This document shows, piece after piece, positions 51,701 through 62,900 of a stretch of DNA of 64,000 bases (positions are counted from its first letter, which is position 1; every line of letters starts with the position of its first letter). The DNA comes from Macrostomum lignano. Its lineage: Eukaryota. Where the stretch lies: the NCBI GenBank assembly GCA_002269645.1, contig NIVC01000341.1, positions 124,001 through 188,000 on the forward strand, written 5' to 3'. The translations under genes and the position numbers were made by a program. The notes below the pieces were generated by a model, which had not been told where the DNA came from, did not search any database, and was given only the letters and a program-made list of their open reading frames with translations.

Positions 51701-53326
51701 GTTCATCTTATGTAGCTCTTATTAGGATTCTATATTGATTTTTTGTTTGTGACTGAGTGACTGTGACTGTGATTGAGTTTGTGACAGATTTTGGGGTCAG
51801 GTTAATGGCTTGTAGGTCAGACTCTGGCGTGGCGGTCCGCGGCCTTGGCCCCGTCGGAGACGCTCGGTTGGCTGATGCAGCAGGGTGAGCGCCAGCGGGT
51901 TTTGCTCCCCTCTGTCGTAGCTGCGGAGGCAGTGGCCGACGAGCATTAGCCGGCGCCGCTGGAGGGTGGCACTGAGCTGAGGCACGCAAGCTCTCGCCAT
52001 CAGCAGGTCCGTCGGCAGCCGCTCTGGGTAATGGATGCCAAGGGCGAACCGCAGCAGCGATCGGTAGGCAGCGTCCAGGGCTCGGGACCTCGAGTCGGTC
52101 ATTGGCACTGCCTCCAGTCCGTGCAGGAAGATTGGCTCTACGGCAGCGCGGAACAGGCGCACCTTCAGGTCGTCGTTGGCAGCTGAGCTGAAGACCTCCC
52201 TGAGGAGATGAGCCGCACGCCAGGCCTGTGACCTCCGGTCAGCGATGATGGAGTCAGGGCTCATCACGAGGGAGTCCAGGTACCGGAAGTCTCTGCAGAC
52301 TGAAATGACTTGCCCATCTGGTAGGGTCAGGATTGGTGCTGCATCGGTGCCCACGTGCTGCACCTCCGTCTGGCATGCGTTGATTTGCAGTCCGACTCGG
52401 GCGCTCTCCTCATAGCTATAATTTTCGTTGGGCATGGTACGCGTATTGCTACACAGCTGTCAGCTATAAGAATGACAAAAATAGATTCATAAGACAAACT
52501 AGCTGAGCCATGCCGAATTTTAATGGTTTCTAGGCGCAGGACACGTGCAATTGTACGTAGAATAAAAAATCAATATAGAATCCTTACTTTCTGAAGCTAT
52601 AAGAAAGGCAAGAAATATCAAAAGCTTTCTATCTCCGTAGTGTATTTTTTCGGGAAAACCTATAGCTGTCTCCTAAAATTTTCTAAGAAACGAGGTTTTC
52701 CCCGTCCTTCTAGTTGAGTATAGTCCTTGCTCTTGCTATGCGGGCCAATCCTCAAGGCCCTATGTGTGTACATGTACATACCTGACAACAAGAAAGTCAG
52801 GGCCACTGTCTGTACACCTTGTGTGAGTTCGTGCCTGCGTACGTATCTGTTACAGAGGCATGAGACATGCTTGCCTCCTCCTCTCTGGCTGCGGATCTGA
52901 AATTCAACAAACTATCCATGCAAACGCATCGGTAAGAGCTGAAAAATACTACTGCTATCAAAAAGCCCCGCTCTCCAAAGGTGCCACACCAGAGTGTTCG
53001 CCTACGAGTGCGTTGGCGGCGAGTACAGCGCCAAGCCTCAGGAGCTGTCGCGGCTGCAGCAGCAGCAGATATTCAGCGCCAATGCCTTCTTGACGGAGAC
53101 GGCTTTCAATAAGCAACAGCAGCAAAGCCAACGGCGTCATCGAGCCGCAGCTCGACTCTCGGCCGCTTCGGCATCGTCAGCAGCCTCCAATGTCGACTCC
53201 GTGCGACCTCACGTGCTGCTGACTTTCGGACAGAAGCTCGGCTCATCGCCAACGAGGCTGGTGCTGTGGGCTGAGTTGCTGCACATCAGGACCTGGGCTC
53301 AGCTGCAAACGGCTCTGAGCGACTGA
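48796..53326 (+). CDS. IRF: Interferon regulatory factor with N-terminal DBD and C-terminal IAD1 (SMAD/FHA-like) domain, 415 aa, 5 exons
   Basis: Exons 48796-48954, 49060-49175, 50255-50680, 51079-51279, 52981-53326 (1248 nt, phases consistent). Trp-repeat DBD ending KARLRCAINKS; IAD motifs GGLQL..IIEANRKCHTRVF..QIFS..FL..LLTFGQ. Confidence 0.9.
49230..50233. repeat. Intronic minisatellite, 29-bp unit (gagaatagacatcatccagagtcagagct)
   Basis: Tandem copies filling IRF intron 2. Confidence 0.97.
51544..52729. mobile_element. Foldback/MITE with ~110-bp inverted arms in IRF intron 4
   Basis: caaggactgactactcaagtagaaggacg..cgtttcttggaaaattttaggag..ccgaaaaa is mirrored at ~52615-52729; roughly 80% identity by eye. 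Confidence 0.7.
51790..52420 (-). mobile_element. RTE-like LINE 3' fragment nested in the foldback
   Basis: VGLQINACQTE..DFRYLDS..KVRLFRAAVEPIFLHGLEAVPMT..QRRRLMLVGHCLRS, typical post-RT region. Confidence 0.88.
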
Positions 53327-54745
53327 TCAATCGAATAGAAAAAACGTAGAAGCTCGTTACGGGCGTATAATTAACTACTTGAGAGAACAAGCAGACTGTT
53401 TATTTATGCGCAGATGTCATTTTGGTTCAAGCGTGTGAGTATAGGTTGGCTGGGCCACAAGATAGGCCACTCATTATAAACCACTTAACTGGCCATAGAA
53501 GCCAATGTGAAAAATTCTGCAACTCGCGGGCAGCGCAACAATCAACTACTGAACTCAATTTCGTCAGTAGTCTCTGCAGTGCATGCATCATTCTTAGTTT
53601 CATTGAGTAGCTTTTTTATTTAGTTCATAAGTAGTTCATCAAATTCTCAAAAGATAGCGTCTATGTCCCTAAGCTACTGAACTCAAATTTATAAGCAACC
53701 CATGTCGGCTTTTTTTCCTATTGCCACTTTCCCTATTGCTGCAATACAAAGTGGTCTATCTATGGTAGATCTATGGTCTACCGAGTTAAATTAAAAGAAA
53801 ACTTTTAGAGATGTTTCCATGGAGGAAAGAATAAAATTTGTCTATGGCCAAACCAAAGACCACTATAGCAGTATGCTGATATTGTCGTTCAAACTAACTA
53901 CTTGATATATTCCGTTGTAATTTTTTCATTTTTTCATTTTCTAACTCATACATTGGTTCTTTATTAATGTAAGCTGTGATTGAGATCTCTTAGCCAAAAA
54001 TGCATTAGCCATGATCCTGGAGTACATGCGTATGCTTATCAGCCTTCCATGACAAATATTACTCAATTTTTTATTCAGTATCTATATATAACTTCTCGCT
54101 CAACTTGCGCACACTATTAGTAAACAGTTTTTATTCATAAAATTTACTAACACAATCATCCTTACCTTCAATTTCATTCCGAAAAACCACAACACCCATC
54201 AATCCGATTTGCACTTTTGCTTTACAGTGACAGGCCGACAGCTTTGTAAATTATATTAGAATAGAAACCCATCATGCGATCATTCGAATGTATTAATGAA
54301 AAGTCTAAAAAAGATGCAGCGTGACATTTCCCTTCCATATTCTACTTTCATTAGTATGTATGTCGTATGGTAACGTTTATGGTGCTCAGAAATTTTAATG
54401 TCTCTGTGAAAACTTTTTTGTTTAAGAGAGGTTGAAATGTTTGTCTACGATAATTATTGTCTTTAAATAAAAGTACACATTTTTTTGTTTACTATACATA
54501 CTATCTTCCGAGTGTCTTTTTAACCGACCATCGAAAGATTGAAATGAATTTGCTTGCAGCCGCGCTTCGATTTGACTTTGCAATCACTTAATGAGTCATT
54601 TAATGTTCATCGTACTACTTCGAAGCATAAGAACTTTCGTAAGTATACCTACCCTTGTTCAGGTGTAAATGTCTCGAAGAAAGATCTAACTACTTTTTTA
54701 TTTTTTGAACGGTTACAGTTCACAGAGATCTTCATTAGATGTTAA

Positions 54746-54955
54746 CAGTGGCGCAACCGGGGGGGGGGTGGTGGAGGCGGGGCACGGGGGCGCGCGGTCA
54801 CGCGCGCTCCCCCTTTAGGCGGAGACCAGAAAAAATCAAAGGAGGGCCAGCGAATTTTCGCCAAAATACAGAGCCGCGCACCCCAGCTCTGCCCCCTTCG
54901 GTCTTTACCCTCCAGAATTCGTCCCCTCAACAAATTTCTGATTGCGCTACTACTG
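54746..54955. mobile_element. Small cagtggcg-type (hAT-like) MITE
   Basis: cagtggcgca..poly-G..tgcgctactactg; imperfect TIR. Confidence 0.4.
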
Positions 54956-56390
54956 TCAAGAGTGTGAGTAAATTTTAGTGCACATGCACAGTATTTTGGA
55001 TTTTATTATTGACAAATAATAATTATTATGGCCATCGTCAGTTGTCGAATATTGAAATGTAGCCATTTCCACAGTTTCTAAGCATTTTTAATATTATATA
55101 GCTAGCACACATATACTCGTACTGTAGTATTCATAATTTTTATATCACCATAATAACACTGCATGATTTATTAAATTAGAAAATTTAATAATAGTAATTA
55201 ATTCTAATAGTATTAGAATTAATTTATTCTAATTATTTAATATTTAATTAGAAAATTAGAAAATTCAGGATTATTGTGTGATTAATTGTACTGTGTGTAC
55301 ATATATACATTTACCATGGGTGGTAGATTTAGAAGGCGCACAAGGCGCGCCCCCCGTTAGAATTTATTTATTTTTTATATGGAAAAGAACATTATCGTGT
55401 TACATATAATATTACATACATATACATGTATACACTTCTGCATGGATCCGCACCTGATATATTTACATGTAGTCCCGGTTTAGTTTTCAAAGCGTGGAAA
55501 ATTATGGTAAATGGCATAAAGTGATGAAGGACGCATTTTTTTAATCGCACTTGAGTTTTCATATTTACATCCTCTTCTTCTTTACAGGTTACAGCTGTGA
55601 CTATAGTAACATGTAGTTACGAGTTATTTGTATGCATGTTATTCTTTATTCAATCACAGATCTATTTTTACTACTTTCTTGCCAATTCGTTACATCTAGA
55701 GGTGGTCAACGTATCTAAATCAGTTTGGATCTACAATACTTAAACAATCAACCTGACCTGTAACTTTAGTTTAGTCAAACGGTACGTAAAACGCATCAAG
55801 CCGTTTTTTTACTGAATGGATAAAATAGGCTCTAAAAACGCTTCTTTTTTTAAAAGTATTATGCTGTAATATATAATTTTAAAACAGCAGTGTTATTACG
55901 TAAACCTAATCATTCTTTATTATAATAAACAGCTTTTGTTAAAACCTAATGCAGGTTTTGTTTTACGCAGTGAATTTTTTAAAGCGTAAGAAATATTCAA
56001 TTTGCAAAAATAAAGCCCGTTAAATTCTGAGAACTTCACACAGCCACCTCGTACTTTTCGAATGTTTAACGAGACCAGAAACAAGTAGGGGAGTGAAGCG
56101 TATCGTAATTGTAGTTAGAGAGCAAATTTTATTCTACGCATGGTAAGTGTTTTGCTACAAACGTTTCTGTCATCAAATGTAGAATCAAGCAGATTCACTG
56201 TTCTGTTTGTTTTTGTTTAGTGTTATGTAATATGTTTATTAGTGCCTGGAAGTGTTAATTAGGCCTATTTCAAATGGTCTAGACCTATTTGAGTAGTTAT
56301 ATCCCATAGTCTGAAAGGGGGCACAGCGTGTGGCGAAAAAATTTGGTGGACAATGTGCTGGAAAATCTGTGCTAGGGTTCTGACAATGGT

Positions 56391-57845
56391 AATGGCTAGG
56401 GTTCCGGCACCAGAACCAGTTTACTAGGCCCCTAATGGCTATTGATCCAGCAGTCTTCTGCAGGCAGTATTCTACTAATGAAGTCTTGAACATTAGAAGT
56501 ATCTTCATTTGAATCTCATTGTTTCGTTTTGATCTTATCTTGAACAAAATCCCAATATCAACCACCTGTTAAAAAGTAAAACGTTTCTGCTATAATATAC
56601 CCATAAATTGCACTACTCACTACTGGAATACATACCACTGCCAGATCGATAGCCATTAGAAAATGGGTTCTGGTGCCAGAACTCTAGCCATTGCCCATTG
56701 CCTCTGACAATATCAAATTTTTGAGATTTTTGAGATCTATACTTTTAAGATAATTGAGATCCAAGATTAGACCTAGCCTAAGCCTAAGCCCTAATTTGTG
56801 TCTAGTAGGCCCTATGCCTATTTACACTATTCTATCATTCAAGCCAATGGCTAGAGTTCCAGCACCAGAACCCATTTTCTAAGTGCTATAGATCTGGCAG
56901 CCATAGTCAGGAAGGTGGCAAGTGCACGTGGGAATCAATTTATGGAAAAATCCTTGGTGCATGCCAATGTATGCCAATTTTTTAAAACCCTTAACATGAC
57001 ATTTCTGTTGCATGCCAAAAATCTTGAATACCAAAAATCATGTACGCCTCATGTATGTGTGATTTGAATATTAACTGTATTAGATACTATTTTTAAATAA
57101 ATTTTCTACTTACGTTAAACAAAGTTTATATTAAAAAGGAAATTCGCTACAAAGAACATAGTGAGTATCAAAAACTTTTTCTTCACATTTCAAGAAACAA
57201 ATAAACTAAAAGTCTACAAGAGTCACAAAATAAGAGCGTTTAAAAGTTATTGGATATTTTAATTTTAATGTAGGCTGTAGAGTGTAGGCCTGGCTGTAGG
57301 CTAGGCTGTAGCCTCAACTAGTTGGTTTAATCAATATTCAAATTCAATTGTTCACGCTTAACTTTATATATTGTATATATATAGTGTATACATCTATATC
57401 TGACTTGTTGATATACTGTCAGTTTGTAATTGCACGCCAAGGTTACACGCCAAGTAAAAAACTTGTACGCTGAAAATTTAGGCGTGGCTTGAGACCCCTA
57501 TTTGCACGCCAAATTTGCATGCCAAAATTTTAGCGTGGCTTGTGCATGCGGGAAAATTCCTGCGTGCAGGCCACCTTTCTAAGTATGGTCTGGCAGTGGT
57601 ATTCCAGTAGTGCAATTTATGGGTAATAGGCCCTAGAGTAGAAACATTTCATTTTTTAATGGGTAGTTGATATTGAGATTTTGTTAAGATAAGATCAAAA
57701 TGAAATGATAAGATGAGATTCAAAACAAGATACTTCTAATGTTCAAAGACTTCATTAATATCAATAGTTAACTGCTTGCTAAAGACTGCTGGATCTATAG
57801 GCCTAGCTTTTAGAAACAGGTTCCAGTGCTAGAACTTTAGCCATT
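56391..57845. repeat. Nested foldback: ~255-bp inverted arms (56391-56645 / 57589-57845) with an inner ~55-bp inverted pair (56638-56692 / 56846-56900)
   Basis: Shared motifs aatggctagrgttccrgcaccagaacc and cataccactgccaga occur in opposite orientations. Confidence 0.75.
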
Positions 57846-59154
57846 GCTATCAATCAATGGTAATATTGTTACTTGTTAAATGTAGGCCTATACAAATATT
57901 ATAATAGAAAGAAAATAATTTGGGCCTATTTAATATTGAGCTTGCTAGGTCTAATATCTTAGTCTATCCTATAGAACCAGACTTGGGAAGGTTATATGTT
58001 ATAAATGACCCTTTTTGAAATTGGCATACAAATTTTGGCATACAAATTGATGCTATATATGAAAATTGTAATATAAATCAATATTTTCACATAAAAAAAA
58101 ATTGTATAGTCTAGAAAGTCAATAATAAACTTTTTGCTTCTTTAAAATTAATAATAAATAAAATTAGTATAAATTATTATTAAAAACATAAATTTAGCAT
58201 TATTATTTCTATAAGTTTAATTTAAGTTTGTTTAAAATGAAAACATTTGTAATATTTTAAAAAGACTTTTTGTATGAAAGCCTTTCTTAGGAAACTCTAC
58301 TTGTGAAAACCAAATGACCTTTTTTAAGCAGAATTTTTGGCAAACAGGATTTTTTTGCTTTTGGCATATATTGATATACATTTTGCTGAGATAGGATTCT
58401 TGTTCCAATATACACTACTACATGATCTGGACCCTGGCTATAGAATCGTTCAATAAATATTTTTCTACTTGAATTTGATTCCTTTCTTTTTTAGATAGAG
58501 TCCAAAAATATAAAACCAAAGAACTGATTCAAATAGTATGTTTTGCATACACAAAGCATAAAAATATTTCTATAGACTATAGTTGAAAGGCTAAGATGCA
58601 AGAGACCTTAAAGAAAGATGCATTTGAGATTGAAAATTAGCTGCCAAGCTATCACTATTGGGATTCAAGCCAAGCCATTACTAGAGAAGCCCTGCCATTA
58701 TTCACTTTTTATTTTAGATTTCTACTCTCTAGCCTGTTAGTAAAATATCTGTTACTAAAATGGTCACTAACCAAATATTCCATGTTTTACTACTATGCAG
58801 CTTGTCACATTTTTTATGAAAAATTAAATAAAAATATGCCCTAAGCACATTAAGGATCCCATATATATATATTAGTACTATATACCAAACAGTGCAAAGA
58901 TATTTTTATATAATGGAAATTAAATTATAGAATGGACCTAATATTTAATAAAATTTTATAATACAAAGAGGTATTATATAAAAATGATGATCTCAAATAA
59001 AAAAGGCTATAATATACTTGCTTTATATAAGATAAAGTTAAGAAATCAAGAAAATTCTCTCTATGTATATATATTTATGTCATAAAGCAGTGTTGTAGTA
59101 ACAAAGGAAATTTAAAATTAAAAAATTATTGCAAGTGATATAACATGCTTGGGC

Positions 59155-59306
59155 GCAACCTAGGGATTCACCTGGCTGTTTCTATTGGCAACACACACAT
59201 GTAAGTTGCTATTGGATGGAATAGTAGTCACGTGACTGCTCTGAGCCAATCGCGACTTACATGTGTGTGTTGCCAATAGAAACAGCCGAGTGATTCCCAA
59301 GGTTGC
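59155..59306. repeat. 152-bp near-perfect palindrome centred on agtcacgtgact
   Basis: Arms of ~60 bp with an exact core ggctgtttctattggcaacacacacatgtaagt. Confidence 0.92.
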
Positions 59307-59981
59307 ACATGTATGAGATATAACAGTATCTAGAAAAGTCAGTAAAAAACAAATGTGCTAGTTCTAAATCTCCTAGACTAATTTAGATACAAAGTACAAC
59401 ATTTGCAAAGGTTCAATAGTGCAGTCTCATAAGTATACCATTAGCCTATCTACACTAAGTGCATGCAAAAGAATTTACTAGTCCAAAAGATCACCAAAAA
59501 TTGTGTAGCAAGTATGCACCAATTGTTCCAAAAGTACATTAGAAATTTCTAGTGTATGGCATAACCATGAGTATGGTTTGATTAAAAATTTATTAGCTGC
59601 AATATACACAAAAGCTATACAAGTAGAGGATTACTTAAGGATTATGCAAGGAAATATTACATTAAAGAGATATCAGCTTTTCATTTTTCAGCACAAAAAT
59701 TGTTATTGCTTTTGATAGTAGAGAGACCCGGTGTTGATTTTTTAATGTGCCGCCTTTCCTATAGCTCTATCAATATCCATTTATTCATAGTCTTATAAAA
59801 TAAACATAAAATCTTAATTTTTTAAACAAATAGCTGTATGAATATCCATAGCACATGTACTATAACTGTCATAGATACAATTTTTTCATGTTGCTCTTGT
59901 TGCATTTAAGTGTTTAGTGCCAAGTTTTAACAATAATTATGAACCATAATTGACGATAGATATTTAACTAAATGATTGCAG

Positions 59982-62900
59982 GTTGAGCTAAGCCAACCCT
60001 CTGGTCCAACACTGGCTGCCACCACCAACACAGCCGTTGGCGTTGTAGGCGGCATGGGCGCCGCCGCTACCCCGTCTGGCGCCAAACGGGCTAGGCGCGG
60101 TCCCCGACCGCACGAACTCGAAGACGAGGACAGCTCACTGTTTGCTATTATCAAGCAGGGCCGTGGCGCTCTGCAACAGATTGCAGACGAATGGATCCAG
60201 CAGTACAAGCAGGATAGAGACGCCGCTCTTGTTAGACTATTGCAGTTTTTTATTAGCAGCAGCGGCTGCAAAGGTCGCATCACTATGCAGATGTACCTTA
60301 ACGATAGCTACGCTGAGATTATTCGCAAAATGACGGAACAATTCGACGAGGATAGCGGCGAGTATCCGCTAATCATGACCGGGCCAGTTTGGCGCAAATT
60401 CCGGTCCAGCTTTGTTGACTTCATCACTATACTGATTCGGCAGTGCCAGTATAGCGTCATCTATGACCAGTTCATGACTGACACTGTGATCTCGTTGCTA
60501 ACTGGTTTAACCGATTCTCAGGTGCGAGCATTTCGTCACACAAGCACCCTGGCAGCTGTGAAGTTAGTCACAGCCCTTGTTGAAGTGTCCTTAAGCGTGT
60601 CAATCAATCTTGACAACACGCAGCGTCAATACGACGCCGAACGATTGAAAGCGCAGAATCGGCGCGCACACGATCGTCTAGACGGCCTGTTAAAGAATCG
60701 ACAGAAGCTGCAGGAGAATCTTGAAGAGATTAAAACTATGATCACCTACCTGTTCAAAGGAGTCTTTATCCATCGGTACAGAGACTCGCAGGCCGAGATT
60801 CGCACTATTTGCATCCAAGAGATTGGCCAGTGGATGAAAAAGATGCCAAACGTATTCTTGGAGGATTCCTATTTAAAATACGTAGGCTGGACTCTGTACG
60901 ATCGGTGTCGGAGGTTCGATTAACCTGTCTGAAATCGTTGCAGCCGCTCTATGAAGATCCGAACGCTGTTAACAAGCTGGAGCTGTTCAGCAGCCGGTTT
61001 AAATCGCGCATATTAGACATGACGCTAGACAAAGATAGCGAAGTTGCCGTTGAAGCTGTTCGCTGCGTCACCTGTATGCTGCGCAATCTCGATCGGATTC
61101 TTGACGACAAAGACGCCGAGAATATCTACGAGCTAGTGTACTCAAGCCACCGACCGTTGGCCGTAGCAGCCGCCGAGTTCTTGAATTTGAAACTGTTCCA
61201 ACTAGACGAACACGCGCCGCAGTTGCGCACTAAGAAAGGCAAAAAGCGCAGCCAGAACACTGTGCTATTGCGCGATCTAGTCCAGTTCTTTATTGAGTCC
61301 GAATTAAACGAACACGCCGCTTATTTAGTTGATAGTTTCTTCGACATTAACGACATGCTGCGCGACTGGGAGGCCATGATCGACCTGCTGTTGGAGGAGC
61401 CAGGTCGGGGCGAAGAGCCGCTAGGTGATCTGCAGGAATCGTCGCTAATTGAAATTCTAGCCTGCTGTGCGCGTCAGGCCGCCACTGGCGAAAGTCCGGT
61501 TGGTAGGCAGGCCAGTCGGAAGCAGTTGACTAATCGCGAGATGCGACAGGTGCGTCTGAGGGAGTTGACTTGCAATTGCAGTCGAAATTGGGATTTTTTA
61601 CAATTAGGGTGTCGAAATGGGGATTTTAGAGGATTTTTTTACAATAGAGGTGTCAAAACAAGGATTCTAGGGAATATTTTAAAATTAGAGTGTCAAAATA
61701 AAGATTCTAGGGAATATTTTACAATTAGGGTGTCAAAATGGGGATTCTAGGGAATATTTTACAATTAGGGTGTCAAAATAGGGATTCTAGGGGATATTTT
61801 ACAATTAGGGTGTCAAAATAGGGATTCTAGGGAATATTTTACAATTAGGGTGTCAAAATAAAGATTCTAGGGAATATTTTACAATTAGGGTGTCAAAATG
61901 GGGATTCTAGGGAATATTTTACAATTAGGGTGTCAAAATAGGGATTCTAGGGAATATTTTACAATTAGAGTGTCAAAATAAAGATTCTAGGGAATATTTT
62001 ACAATTGGGGTGTCAAAATAGGGATTCTAGGGAATATTTTACAATTGGGGTGTCAAAATAGGGATTCTAGGGAATATTTTACAATTAGGGTGTCAAATAG
62101 GGATTCTAGGGAATATTTTACAATTGAGGTGTCAAAATAGGGGTTTTAGGAGATTTTTTACACTCGCATGTCAACATAGGAACTTTCTTGGGATTGAGAT
62201 AGACATTTCAAGCATTAATCGTTGATAGTTAAGTGTAAAGTTTAATATTTTTAGGAATCTTTAACACTATTTTTGTCAAAACTCGACAGGTTTTGATGAT
62301 ATTTGACACCCAATGAGCTTGGCCTGTTTTCTAATCGAACGATCCCTATTATTAACTAATGTCTCCAGGTGCAAGAGGACAAGCAGAGGCTAACTGAGCA
62401 CCTGATTCCAACTCTGGCTCAGCTTATTCTCAAATACGGCGAAGACACAGGCAAAATGTTAAACCTGCTGTCGCTTGTGCAGTACATGGACTTGGACATG
62501 TTCGTTAGCACTCGCCAGGAGAAGCATCTGGACCTGCTGCTCAAGTACATGCAGGAGTCCATTGTGAAGCACACTGAAACCGAGGTGCTGCTATCGTTTG
62601 CTCGAGTATTCGAGTCCCTAACCCAGGAGGAGCTGCAGATTGGCAGCAAATGCCTTGCCGTGCTCAGCACCTTGATTGACAGACTAGTAGAATCCTATAA
62701 GCAGGCCTATCTCAACTATTTTCAAGAGGAACGACCAGACGAAGACGACAAATATGCCCTGCTGTCAGCTTTGAAAAGAATATTTGCATTCTATTCTTAT
62801 CACGACCTGACCTCGTGGGACCTGTGGATCAGCCTGTTAACCATATTCCGATCAGCTCAGGAGCGACCGTTCTATTACGAAGAAGTTGTCGCCAGAGGCA

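Noticed and set aside
60809-60923. Programmed ribosomal frameshift in STAG or CTU2
   Set aside because: No slippery heptamer or stimulatory structure; both sites are short G runs typical of sequencing error.
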